Positions 1 through 9,273 of a DNA stretch of 64,000 bases are shown in pieces. Numbering within the stretch: position 1 is the stretch's first letter; each line of letters opens with the position of its first letter. The notes beneath the pieces are model-generated. The model was given only the letters and a program-made list of their open reading frames with translations. It made no database searches and was not told the origin of the DNA. The stretch is from positions 39,473-103,472 of the forward strand of contig DASRJW010000101.1 in assembly GCA_035649275.1 (NCBI GenBank). The letters are read 5' to 3'. The DNA is from Candidatus Krumholzibacteriia bacterium. GTDB taxonomy: Bacteria > Krumholzibacteriota > Krumholzibacteriia > G020349025. Made by a program: the position numbers and the translations under genes.

Positions 1-12
1 CTCTCGTGTACC

Positions 13-459
13 ATGTCGACAAGCGCCGGCGCAGCACCCCACCGGGCGCCTGAAGTCGAAACCGGAGATCGTACCGTGAGCGTACAACTGAACCACACCA
101 TCGTCTGGTGCCGGGACAAGCAGAAATCTTCCGCGTTCCTCATCGGCATCTTGGGCCTGCCGGGCCCTATCCCCTTTGGACCCATGCTCGTCGTCAAGCT
201 CGGCAACAGTGTTTCGCTGGATTTCTATGAGAACGACGGCGAGATTTCCTCCCAGCACTATGCTTTCCTCGTGGGGGAGGACGACTTCGACCGCGTCGTC
301 GCCCGCCTCGGTGATCGCGCCATCGCGTATTGGGCCGACCCGGGCCGAGAACGGGCTGGGGAGATCTACCAGCACAACGGTGGACGGGGATTATACTTCG
401 TGGATCCCGACGGCCATCTCCTCGAGGTCATGACCAGGCCTTACGAAGGCATCGGGTGA
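13..459 (+). CDS. VOC family protein (glyoxalase/bleomycin-resistance fold)
   Basis: 148 aa; betaalphabetabetabeta-type motifs (NHTIVWCRD...YFVDPDGHLLEV) typical of glyoxalase-like/VOC proteins. Confidence 0.75.
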   Translation: MSTSAGAAPHRAPEVETGDRTVSVQLNHTIVWCRDKQKSSAFLIGILGLPGPIPFGPMLVVKLGNSVSLDFYENDGEISSQHYAFLVGEDDFDRVVARLGDRAIAYWADPGRERAGEIYQHNGGRGLYFVDPDGHLLEVMTRPYEGIG

Positions 460-559
460 TCCATACGAGGCTCGTTGGGCTGATCCAAATCGCCATGAAC
501 CGGTGTCATGTCGGGCTGCACCGGGTCGAAGCCGCTGGTGGTTCTAGGAAACCGTTGAG

Positions 560-1042
560 GTGACACGCATGAAGAACTCTTTTCGATTCGTCGCTTTGCC
601 CGCCGAACAGTTCGCCCCCCTTTTTGATCAAAGCGATGCGGAGTTACAGGCAGCGGGCGCTCGCCGTCTGCTCGTCGATGAGAAGCCGGGGTTTCCCTGT
701 CGCGTGAGCCTGGTGGACGCGGAGGCGGGCGAGACCGTTCTGCTTCTTCCGTTCACGCATCACGATGTACCGACTCCCTATCGCGCCTCGGGACCGATCT
801 TCGTGCGCCGGGAGGCAAGGACGGCGCAGCCTTCCGTCGACGAGGTTCCGGTCATGTTCAGGCACCGCCTCCTTTCCATCCGCGCTTATGACAGAGCAGC
901 CATGCTTGTCGGCGCGCAGGTCCTTCCCGGAGCCGAACTCGAAGCGGCGATCCAACAGCTCTTCGCGAACGGCACCGCGAGCACTCTGCACATCCACAAT
1001 GCGGGCCCTGGTTGCTACAACTGCTCTGTGGTGCGTGCCTGA
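560..1042 (+). CDS. DUF1203 domain protein
   Basis: 160 aa; N-terminal FRFVALP...PGFPCRVSLVDAEAGETVLLLPFTH and PYRASGPIFV resemble DUF1203 family. Confidence 0.6.
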   Translation: MTRMKNSFRFVALPAEQFAPLFDQSDAELQAAGARRLLVDEKPGFPCRVSLVDAEAGETVLLLPFTHHDVPTPYRASGPIFVRREARTAQPSVDEVPVMFRHRLLSIRAYDRAAMLVGAQVLPGAELEAAIQQLFANGTASTLHIHNAGPGCYNCSVVRA

Positions 1043-1134
1043 CCGGCCGGTACGGAGGAGCATTGGACGACTGTTTGCCGAGATCCGCGACGCCTGACAA
1101 CGCGCCGCAGCCGGCGCCGGCGAGGAATGTCACG

Positions 1135-2274
1135 ATGCGGCACGTCATCGCTGGGATCGTTCTCACCTTGGGCGCAGGTCTTCTCCAATCCGCACCAGCA
1201 CAGCTACCGGTCGACTCTTTGCACCTCGCTGTCGGCTTCGGCGTGGACACGACCGCCTCGCCGCAGCACGAGATCTTGGACCTCTGGAAGCACTACCTCA
1301 CGGAGTCGTCGGACTCGCTCCGTGCGACCTTGTGGTCGGCTCACGAGCGCGCGACCGGTGCGCAATTCGACCTTGTCCGCCCATACGTGTATCAGGGATT
1401 CAAACACTTCACCGTCGTTGACCTGAGTCCCGCCGTGGGCTTGCCGCAGACCTACGTCATCCGCACGCTGGTCACCGCCGTGGAAGACTCGACCCAAGAT
1501 GTTCGGCCGCTCGCTCTTTACCGTGTCTACGCGACGATGGAGGACGGCCGGTGGGTTCTGGGCAACGCGCTCCCGCGCACCACCCGCGACTGGCGACGGA
1601 CCACCCTCGGCAAGGTCACGTTCGTCTATCCCCCGACGCATGCCTTCGCTCACCGGCGTGCCGAGGCAACCGCCACCTTCGTCGACTCTCTGGCCCGCGC
1701 CTTTGGGCTTCCGGAACCCAAGCCCATCACCTACTTCTTCACCGATGACCTCAGTGAAACCCTGCGAGCCCTCGGGCTGGAGTTCTTCCCGACAGGGGGC
1801 GACGCTGTCGGCGGTCGCTCGAATGCGGCCCAGCGGCATGCCTACGTCGGGTCGCCGGACCATGGCGAGGACTACCGCCACGAGCTGGCCCACATCGTCC
1901 TCGCTCCCGAGGTGTCCAGCCGCACGGCTGGCTTGGTCGCCGAAGGCCTCATGACCTGGACCGGTGGCTCCGTGGGCCTCGACTACGCCGCGCTGCTGCC
2001 GGCACTGGCGCAGTATCTCTCCGCTCACCCGGAATTGACGCTGGAAAGTCTGCTGCAGAATCCACCTCTTCGAATGGGGAGTTTGGATGTGGGCTACAGC
2101 GGCCTCGCGGTATTGTGCAAAATGACCTTCAGCCACAGCGGTCTACCTGGCCTGCGTGCCCTCCTTGCCGCGGGCAGGGATCCCAGTGCGGTCGCGAACG
2201 CCGCAGCCCACGTGCTGGGAGTTTCCCCGTCCCAATTGAACTCCTCGTGGCGCAAAGAGTGTGGAGCGCGCTGA
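1135..2274 (+). CDS. secreted hypothetical protein with HExxH (peptidase MA-like) motif
   Basis: ATG at 1135 gives signal peptide MRHVIAGIVLTLGAGLLQSAPAQ; HELAHIV...AEGL gluzincin-like signature; upstream part of ORF 1012..2274 is not needed. Confidence 0.55.
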   Translation: MRHVIAGIVLTLGAGLLQSAPAQLPVDSLHLAVGFGVDTTASPQHEILDLWKHYLTESSDSLRATLWSAHERATGAQFDLVRPYVYQGFKHFTVVDLSPAVGLPQTYVIRTLVTAVEDSTQDVRPLALYRVYATMEDGRWVLGNALPRTTRDWRRTTLGKVTFVYPPTHAFAHRRAEATATFVDSLARAFGLPEPKPITYFFTDDLSETLRALGLEFFPTGGDAVGGRSNAAQRHAYVGSPDHGEDYRHELAHIVLAPEVSSRTAGLVAEGLMTWTGGSVGLDYAALLPALAQYLSAHPELTLESLLQNPPLRMGSLDVGYSGLAVLCKMTFSHSGLPGLRALLAAGRDPSAVANAAAHVLGVSPSQLNSSWRKECGAR

Positions 2275-3165
2275 ATGGTTCCAAAGCAGGGGCGTGCGAT
2301 GATTCTGAAGATATCACCCAGATTGATAGCACACTGTGAAAGTTCCCCGGCTGGCCGCTTGTGGCTGGAGCAGCTGCCGGATGCGGTCGCCGCGTTGGCC
2401 CAGCGCTGGTCGCTGACGCTGGGGGCGCCGTTCGAGCATAGCGACGTGGGTTGCTCTTGGGTGGCGCCGGCGACGCGAACCGACGGCACTGCGGCGATAC
2501 TCAAAGTCGCCCTGCGGCATTTCGAAGGCGAACACGAGATCGAAGGCTTGCGCTTCTGGGGCGGCGATGGAATGGTCCGGCTTCTCGAAGCGGAAGAGAG
2601 CCTCGGGGCCCTGCTGCTCGAACGTTGCGAACCAGGCACGACCCTGCGGACGCTCCCCGAGCCGGAACAGGACGTGGTGATCGCGAGCCTCTTGCGGCGA
2701 CTCTGGCGGCCCGCTCCCTCATCGCACCCATTCCGTTCGCTGTCCGAGATGCTGCGACGCTGGAGGGAGGAGATCATCGCCCGCCAGGAAGCCTGGCCCG
2801 ATCCGGTATGGACCCGCGAGGCGCTGCAGTTGTTCGAGGAGTTGTCCCGTCCCACGCCGACCGATGTCCTCTTGGTGACCGATCTCCACGCAGGGAACGT
2901 CTTGCGAGCCCGCCGGGAAGCTTGGCTCGCCATCGATCCCAAACCTTTCGTCGGGGACGCCACCTACGACGCCACGCAGCATCTACTCAACTGTCGTGCC
3001 CGCTTGGAAGCCGATGCAGAGGACACGATCCGTCGGTTTGCCGATCGCCTGGAGATCGACGCACAGCGTTTGCGCTGGTGGACGTTTGCGCGCCTGGGCG
3101 CGGAACCGGGCGATGCGCCTTCCCACGAAAACAGTGCCGCCCTGGCCCGGAAGCTGGCACCCTGA
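2275..3165 (+). CDS. aminoglycoside phosphotransferase family protein (APH(6)/streptomycin-kinase-like)
   Basis: DLHAGNVL...IDPKPFVGDATYD matches Brenner kinase motif and DxxxxN / IDP-D of APH(6) family; alternative ATG at 2299. Confidence 0.75.
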   Translation: MVPKQGRAMILKISPRLIAHCESSPAGRLWLEQLPDAVAALAQRWSLTLGAPFEHSDVGCSWVAPATRTDGTAAILKVALRHFEGEHEIEGLRFWGGDGMVRLLEAEESLGALLLERCEPGTTLRTLPEPEQDVVIASLLRRLWRPAPSSHPFRSLSEMLRRWREEIIARQEAWPDPVWTREALQLFEELSRPTPTDVLLVTDLHAGNVLRARREAWLAIDPKPFVGDATYDATQHLLNCRARLEADAEDTIRRFADRLEIDAQRLRWWTFARLGAEPGDAPSHENSAALARKLAP

Positions 3166-3260
3166 GGGAGAAACCGTATGAATCAGGACGAAGAAGCGAT
3201 TCGCGCCCGCCTCGGTTCCTGGGTCGTCGTGCCCGACGCGAACCTGTTGGCGGTCGGAGC

Positions 3261-4229
3261 ATGAGTTCCCAGCGGATGAGCCCATGGACCGTCGCGGTCG
3301 TCGTGTGCCTCACCGGTTTCTCGCTCGGGTGTGGGCATCCATCTTCCACGGTGGAGTTGCCGCCTCTGGCGGAGTCCTTCCCGGCATCGATCGGCGATGC
3401 GGACACTCTCCAGAATGCGAATGGCCTACGGCTGCTCGTCGCGGCGGAGATCACACAACCCACGCTGCGCATCATCCTTCCAGGGCAGGCGGCGTCCGAT
3501 CGATCGATCGAGGTGCTTTTCCCCGAACACGTCACTGCAGTGAGGCACGGCAGCAGCACAGCCGATCATCTGTATCTGTATGGGACGGGTCGGCAGGGAG
3601 ATCGACCCCTGTGGTCGCGGCGGGGGCAGGCGCTCCAGTACGGTCGGGATCTGCCCGGAGGAGTCTCGATGCTCGCGCGTGCCGCACTCGAGGAAGATGG
3701 CGTGCGCTTCCATTACGAATTCACCAACACCTCGACCGTCGGCTACGACATGATCACTGCGGTGACCGATCCGCGCCTCACTGGCATCCTTCATGATGTG
3801 CGTCTGGAGCGCACCTACGTCCATCACCCAGAGGGCTTCGAGTTGCTGGCCTCGGAAGTGCCGAGCCGGCTCACGGCGCCACTGGAACAGTGGCTCCCTG
3901 CCCGGGTTCTGGCCTCCTTCACCTGGCCTGTAGCGATGCAGCGGAGCGAGAGGCGCGAAGACGGCATCACCTACTACAACAAGGCGCGGCGGGTCGATGT
4001 GCCGTTCATCGCCACGCTCTCCACCGATCGGGCCTGGGTCGTGGCGAGCTTCGCGCGCGAGCCGGGCAACGTGTGGAGCAATCCCGAGCTCACCTGCCAG
4101 CACGTGGATCCACAGACGTCTCTCTTGCCCGGGCAGCATGTGGCTGTGGAGGTGAAGATGTTGGTCTTGCCCGGGTCGTTGGACGGAGCTCTGCAGCGGG
4201 CCATGCGCCAACGCGCCTCTTTGCCCTGA
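3261..4229 (+). CDS. hypothetical lipoprotein
   Basis: in-frame ATG at 3261 yields MSSQRMSPWTVAVVVCLTGFSLGC lipobox; the 5-prime 800 nt of ORF 2451..4229 overlaps the APH gene in another frame and is rejected. Confidence 0.55.
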   Translation: MSSQRMSPWTVAVVVCLTGFSLGCGHPSSTVELPPLAESFPASIGDADTLQNANGLRLLVAAEITQPTLRIILPGQAASDRSIEVLFPEHVTAVRHGSSTADHLYLYGTGRQGDRPLWSRRGQALQYGRDLPGGVSMLARAALEEDGVRFHYEFTNTSTVGYDMITAVTDPRLTGILHDVRLERTYVHHPEGFELLASEVPSRLTAPLEQWLPARVLASFTWPVAMQRSERREDGITYYNKARRVDVPFIATLSTDRAWVVASFAREPGNVWSNPELTCQHVDPQTSLLPGQHVAVEVKMLVLPGSLDGALQRAMRQRASLP

Positions 4230-4307
4230 CGGTTGCCTTGGGCGGAGTCGGGCCACCAGGAGCGCCGCGGGGACGAGTTCGTAGGCTGTGCTGGACCCGT
4301 TCGCGGC

Positions 4308-5393
4308 TCAGGCGGCTGGGTCGCAGTCCCGATCGCGACGACCGCCGTGGACGACGAGAAGTCGCCGCGGACGCCGCGATCCCCCGCGTCGGAGTCTGCG
4401 ACGACGCACTCGTAGATGGGCGCGGAGCCAACCGGCGGCACGCCCGATGGTGGGCAGGTGCGGCAGCGGATCCTGGAAGAACAGCTCCGTCCCCACGTCC
4501 GGCCGCAGGGTTGAAAGCCTCTCGCTCTCGGGAAGCCCGTGGCCTCGCGGCGGGGAGAACACGCGCCGTCGCTTGCGCCCGACCCGGTAGCGCGTCGGGC
4601 CCGTGATCGGACGGCCGGCGGCGAGCTGCGCATACAGCCAGGGCATATCGATGCCCGAGGCGATGGCGAGCTCGATCCCCTCGTTCCAGCTCGGGTGCAG
4701 GCCGAGGAGGACCAGCCGATCGGCGTGCAGCTCATGCCGGAAGCCTACGGTGGCGAGACCATCCCACTGCTGCCGCGTGAGGAGCTCGAGACCGAGCCGA
4801 CGGACCTCGGGATGGTGGGCGCTTTCCACAGCGGGGCGCTCGAACCAGGGCAGAATCTGCTCGCTGCTCTCGTCGCGTAATCGATGCACGAAGGTGGCGA
4901 CGGGATCGCCGCGCCGGAGCAGCGCCAGCAGGGCGTAATCGCGCCTCGGCGTCACCGCCTGCGACGCGGCGGCGGCGCGCGCCGCGGTTTCGACGCCCAG
5001 CGCCGCCGCCAGTCGCGTCAGCGTCTCCCGTGCCGCATAGGCCTCGAAGACCCGGGGCTCGGGGAGGGGACAACCGGTCAGAGGGCGGAGTTTTTCGCGC
5101 TGCGACACGAGGAGCGTCGCCGTCGAAGCGTCGAAGAAGAGAAGGGCATCTTGCGGAGTCTGTCGCAGCGTTTGCAGCAGCCAGGAGGCGAAGGCGTCGC
5201 GGTCGCGGCACGGATCGGGGGCGAGGAGACGGCGGCGGCAGAAGCGCGAGTCGAAAGCGGGAACATGCGGCCGCGGCGCCGCCACGGTGACCTCAGCGCG
5301 CCGCCGGCCGAGGCTGCGTACCACGGCGAGTGCTTGGCGATGCTGTCCGTCGAGAACGAGGACGCGGAGCCGAGGCGGCGGGGAATCGAGCAT
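4308..5393 (-). CDS. ATP-grasp-like domain protein (putative carboxylate-amine ligase), hypothetical
   Basis: ATG at 5393 (MLDSPPPRLRVLVLDGQHRQALAVVRSLGRR...GIDMPWLYAQLAAG); N-terminal 342 codons of ORF 4308..6419 overlap DUF971 gene and are Arg/Gly-rich junk. Confidence 0.45.
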   Translation of the reverse strand: MLDSPPPRLRVLVLDGQHRQALAVVRSLGRRRAEVTVAAPRPHVPAFDSRFCRRRLLAPDPCRDRDAFASWLLQTLRQTPQDALLFFDASTATLLVSQREKLRPLTGCPLPEPRVFEAYAARETLTRLAAALGVETAARAAAASQAVTPRRDYALLALLRRGDPVATFVHRLRDESSEQILPWFERPAVESAHHPEVRRLGLELLTRQQWDGLATVGFRHELHADRLVLLGLHPSWNEGIELAIASGIDMPWLYAQLAAGRPITGPTRYRVGRKRRRVFSPPRGHGLPESERLSTLRPDVGTELFFQDPLPHLPTIGRAAGWLRAHLRVRRRRLRRGGSRRPRRLLVVHGGRRDRDCDPAA

Positions 5394-5681
5394 GCGGGCT
5401 TCCTGCTCCTTCCGCGCGCTGCTTGAGGCGGCGGCGGCGAAATCATGCAACTCGGATTCCAAGGCCGGGAGCGATCCCGGGCGCCATCGTGGGGTTCCGC
5501 ATGCGCCCCGGCGCGGGCGCGGTGTTCCGTGGCGTGGCTGCCCCATTCCATGACAACGTAGTTCCGGACGCTCCGCTCGCATGGAGCCCGGCTGGTGGTT
5601 CGGCAGAGCGCGGCGTAGGATGCATGGCGCCGTCGAACCGGCGGGCTGGTTCGCTCCGCCGGCTGGTGAGAGGAGGAGTGC

Positions 5682-6014
5682 GTGTCCGTCATTCCCACCG
5701 AGATCGAAAGGCTGGGGAACCACGGTGTCCGCATCGCCTGGGAAGACGGGCACGAGAGCGAGTATCGCAACGCCGACCTGCGCTTCGGCTGTTCCTGCGC
5801 CCTCTGCGTCAACGAGGTGACCGGCGTCCGCCATCTCCGGCGCGAGCAGATCCCCCCGGACATCCGTCCCACCGCCGTGGAGCTGGTGGGCCACTATGCC
5901 ATCCACATCACCTGGAGCGATGGCCACGCCACCGGCATCTATTCCTACGAGCTCCTGCGCGAGCTCTGCCCCTGCGCTGTTTGCTCCCAAGCGCGCTCGC
6001 AGGGCGGCGGCTGA
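5682..6014 (+). CDS. DUF971 family protein
   Basis: 110 aa, GTG start after GAGGAGG; paired CxC...CPCAxC motifs (FGCSCALC, LCPCAVC) and IxWxDGH repeats typical of DUF971 (gamma-butyrobetaine hydroxylase-like N-domain). Confidence 0.7.
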   Translation: MSVIPTEIERLGNHGVRIAWEDGHESEYRNADLRFGCSCALCVNEVTGVRHLRREQIPPDIRPTAVELVGHYAIHITWSDGHATGIYSYELLRELCPCAVCSQARSQGGG

Positions 6015-6022
6015 GAACTGAA

Positions 6023-7144
6023 TCAGCGCTGCGCCAGGGGCACGTAGGGAATGGCGGTTGGCCCGGTGTAGTTGGAGCGCGGCCGGATGAGGCGATTGTC
6101 CTGCATCTGCTCCAGGACATGGGCCGTCCACCCGGAGACGCGGGAGAGGGCGAAGATGGGCGTGTACAGGTGCACCGGAATGTTCAGCATGTAGTAGGTC
6201 GAGGCGGAGTAGAAATCGACATTCGGGAAGAGACCCTTGTCCTGCCCCATGTACTGTTCGATCCGCCGGGACATGACGAACCACTTGTCGTCGCCCCGGG
6301 CCTTGGCGAGCGCCTCCGAGGACTGGCGCAGGTGTGTCGCCCGCGGATCCTCCACTTTGTAGACCCGGTGCCCGAAACCCATGATGCGCTGCCCGGCCGC
6401 GACCTGTTCCCGCACCCACACCTCCGGCGTCTGCGAGCTGCCGTCGATCTGCAGCAGCATCTGCATCACCCGCGTGTTGGCGCCGCCGTGGGAGGCCCCC
6501 TTGAGGGTGCCGATGGCGGCCACCACGGCGCTATGCATGTCCGAGAGCGTCGAGGTGGTGACGCGGGCGGTGAAGGTGGAGGCGTTGAAGCCGTGGTCCG
6601 CATGCAGCACCAGCGCCTGGTCGAAGGTGCGCGCCGCGGCCCGATCGGGCTCCTGGCCGCTCAGCATGTAGAGGAAGTTGGCCGCATGCGGCAGATTCGG
6701 GTGCGGCGGCACGAAGACTGCGCCGTCCCGGGATCGGCCGATCGCCGCCACGAGCGTCGCCATCCCGGCCACCAGGCGGAAGGCCTTGCGTTCCGCTGCC
6801 AGCAGGCTGGTGTCCTCGGCGTCGGGGTCGAAGGCGGAGAGAGCCGACACGGCGGTGCGCAGCGTCGCCATGGAGTCTTCCTCCGGGGCGGTGCGGATCC
6901 ATTCGAGCACGGCCTCCGGCACCTGCCGCTCGGCGGCGAGGCGAGCGGAGAACTCCTCCAGCTCCGGCCGGCGGGGCAAGCGCCCGTTCCAGAGCAGGAA
7001 CACGACCTCCTCGTAGCTCGACTGCTGGGCCAACTCGTGGATGCTGACGCCGCGATAGATGAGATTGCCTTCGTCGCCGTACACCTTGGAGATGGCCGAA
7101 GAACCGACGACCACGCCCTCGAGACCGCGGCTCAACTCGGACAT
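6023..7144 (-). CDS. gltA: citrate synthase (short ~373 aa type)
   Basis: MSELSRGLEGVVVGSSAISKV...GFGHRVYKVEDPRA...HAD H GFNASTFTARV; canonical citrate synthase catalytic His/Asp region; start re-set to ATG 7144. Confidence 0.9.
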   Translation of the reverse strand: MSELSRGLEGVVVGSSAISKVYGDEGNLIYRGVSIHELAQQSSYEEVVFLLWNGRLPRRPELEEFSARLAAERQVPEAVLEWIRTAPEEDSMATLRTAVSALSAFDPDAEDTSLLAAERKAFRLVAGMATLVAAIGRSRDGAVFVPPHPNLPHAANFLYMLSGQEPDRAAARTFDQALVLHADHGFNASTFTARVTTSTLSDMHSAVVAAIGTLKGASHGGANTRVMQMLLQIDGSSQTPEVWVREQVAAGQRIMGFGHRVYKVEDPRATHLRQSSEALAKARGDDKWFVMSRRIEQYMGQDKGLFPNVDFYSASTYYMLNIPVHLYTPIFALSRVSGWTAHVLEQMQDNRLIRPRSNYTGPTAIPYVPLAQR

Positions 7145-7181
7145 GCGCTCTCCTTCTGCCTCCTGGCGCCGGGGAAGCATC

Positions 7182-9203
7182 CTACAGCTTGCGCTCCAAC
7201 CAGTCGAGAACGCGGCGAAGGCGTTCGATCCGGCTCTGCGGTCTGCCGTGGCGCTCGAAGTCGTGTCCTTCGCCGACGAAGCACACCCATTCCACCGGGC
7301 GGCCGAGCCGCGCCAGCGCCGCGAACAGCTCGCGCGACTGCGACGCCGGACAGCGGCGATCGTCTTCGCCGTGCAGGAGCAGGAGCGGGGCGCGCAGATG
7401 CTCGACGTAGGCGAGCGGCGAGGTGCGCCAGTAGCGCTCGTGCGATTCCCATGGCGGGGCGAGGAACTCGGCTTCCAGAGCCCGGCCCGAGTCGCTGCTC
7501 CCGAAGAGGGAAGCGAAGTGCGCCGCCCCTGCGGTGGTGACGGCGCAGCGGAAGCGGCGCGTGTGCCCGAGGGCCCAGTGGGCGAGGAAAGCGCCATGTC
7601 CACGCCCCACCAGAGACAGGCGGCTGGCGTCCACGAAGGATCGCGACGCGGCCCAGTCGGCCACGCGGTGGAGATCGTTCAGATCTTCGAAACCCCATTT
7701 CCCCAGCAACGAGCGGCGGAACTCGCCGCCGTAGCCGGCGCTGCCACGCAGGTTCGGGCAGATCACGTGATAGCCGGCGGCGGCGAGGAGCTGCCATTCG
7801 TGCACGTAGGAAGCTCCCGCCATCGTTCCCGGGCCGGCATGGAGTGCCAGCACCGCCGGTCCGCGCCGCCGGCGGCCACGGAACAAGAAGCCGTGGAGCG
7901 TCGGGCCTTGCGGCCCGGCGAGGCGGAACTCTTCCGGGCGCACCAGACGCTTGCCGCGGAGAGCCGTGGCGTGGAGGTGCGTCAGCCGGCGCACGCGCGC
8001 CCCGTGGACGTGGAAGGGGCCGCGCGTCGAACCCCGGCGTGAGCGCGAAAAGGTGGCAGCATAAACATCGCCGGGCTCGGTGGGCGTGGCGCGCAGCAGC
8101 GCCCACACGCGCCGGTCCGTGCTGCAGGCGAAGGCGCCGATCTCATGGCGCCCCGACGTATGCGGCACCGGACTGCCGCCTCCTGCGGGCACCGCGAAGA
8201 CGTTCACGGCGCCGTCCTGGCTGCCGAGGAAGTAGAGGCTCTCGCCGTCGGCGGACCACGCCGGCGCGTGGACGGCGCTGTCGGCCCCGAGGTCGGCAGT
8301 GCAGACGTCGGCGCACATGAGCTCGCTCGTGGCGAGCAGATCCTTGGCTCGCCCGCCGCGAGCGGGCACTACCCACACATGCAGGTCCGCCGCGGTCTCG
8401 CTTGCGCTCTCGCCCACGTAGGCGAGCATGGTGCCGTCGGGGGACCAGGCGGGAGAATGTTTTGGACCGTCCTGGCGCCCGAGGAGGCGCGGGGACCCGC
8501 CGCGCGACGGTACGACCCAAAGGTCGGAGTCCCCGCGTGGCGCGCCGCTCGCGGTCCGGTACGAAACGAAGGCCAAGGAGCGGCCGTCGGGCGACCAAGC
8601 CGGTTCGGCGTCGTGCCCGACGGTTCGCCCGAGTCGTCGCAAGCGCCGCGCACCGAGTTCCAACACGCACAGTTTCGACCGGGTTTCGTCGACGAGGCCG
8701 TCGACCTCCGGTCCGGCCTCGCTGCTCTTCCAAAGTCGGATCCGAGCCCTCGAGCCGTTGGCGCCGCGGCGCCTCGGGGTACCCGGAGCGTGGAGGAAGG
8801 CGATGGCGCGTCCGCCGGGAGAGAAGCGCGGCGAGTGCACCCGCCCGTCGAGACGGGTGAGCGGCTCGGGGGCGCTGGCGTCGAAACGCAGGCGCCACAG
8901 GTTGGGCGTGCCGTCGCGGTCGGAGACGAAGACGAGGCTCTGCCCATCGGGGGCGAAGCACGGTTCGCGATCATCCTCTGCTCCCGCAGTGAGCGGGCGC
9001 ATCTGGCCGCTCTTCACCTCCACGAGGAGGAGGGCGTGGCCGATGCGGTCACGCTGCAAATCCGCCCGCGCTGCAGCGAAGACGACGCGGCTGCCGTCGG
9101 GAGAAATACAAAGGTCGCGCGGCAAGCGCAATTGGGCGAGAGTTTCGCTCCCGAGTGGGGAACGGCCGCGAGGCACCGCTCGTCCTCCAAGTCCAGCGTG
9201 CAT
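7182..9203 (-). CDS. S9 family peptidase homologue (TolB-like beta-propeller + alpha/beta-hydrolase), nucleophile Ser apparently replaced by Gly
   Basis: WSPDG repeats in N-half; C-half aligns with prolyl oligopeptidase/acylaminoacyl peptidase (LRGSAGYGGEF, LLLLHGEDDRRCP, GEGHDF) but GGSYGG is GRGHGA. Confidence 0.8.
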   Translation of the reverse strand: MHAGLGGRAVPRGRSPLGSETLAQLRLPRDLCISPDGSRVVFAAARADLQRDRIGHALLLVEVKSGQMRPLTAGAEDDREPCFAPDGQSLVFVSDRDGTPNLWRLRFDASAPEPLTRLDGRVHSPRFSPGGRAIAFLHAPGTPRRRGANGSRARIRLWKSSEAGPEVDGLVDETRSKLCVLELGARRLRRLGRTVGHDAEPAWSPDGRSLAFVSYRTASGAPRGDSDLWVVPSRGGSPRLLGRQDGPKHSPAWSPDGTMLAYVGESASETAADLHVWVVPARGGRAKDLLATSELMCADVCTADLGADSAVHAPAWSADGESLYFLGSQDGAVNVFAVPAGGGSPVPHTSGRHEIGAFACSTDRRVWALLRATPTEPGDVYAATFSRSRRGSTRGPFHVHGARVRRLTHLHATALRGKRLVRPEEFRLAGPQGPTLHGFLFRGRRRRGPAVLALHAGPGTMAGASYVHEWQLLAAAGYHVICPNLRGSAGYGGEFRRSLLGKWGFEDLNDLHRVADWAASRSFVDASRLSLVGRGHGAFLAHWALGHTRRFRCAVTTAGAAHFASLFGSSDSGRALEAEFLAPPWESHERYWRTSPLAYVEHLRAPLLLLHGEDDRRCPASQSRELFAALARLGRPVEWVCFVGEGHDFERHGRPQSRIERLRRVLDWLERKL

Positions 9204-9273
9204 GACCGTGCACGCGCCGGAGACGCGGGCACCAGAGCCGGGACACTAACGAAGCCATCGTCGCCGGGCAAGG

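Noticed and set aside
2451-3260. N-terminal 270 codons of ORF 2451..4229
   Set aside because: This part overlaps the APH-like gene in another frame and is Arg/Pro-rich. A lipoprotein signal peptide with ATG at 3261 gives a coherent gene.
5330-7540. 736-aa plus-strand ORF (and similar long ORFs 14120..16363, 17908..19896, 22218..23897, 26020..27927, 8145..9449, 36043..38991 etc.)
   Set aside because: They lie antisense or out-of-frame to well-supported genes (citrate synthase, membrane peptidase, etc.). They are Arg/Gly/Ala/Pro-rich with no domain signatures, the expected artefact of about 70% GC sequence lacking stop codons.
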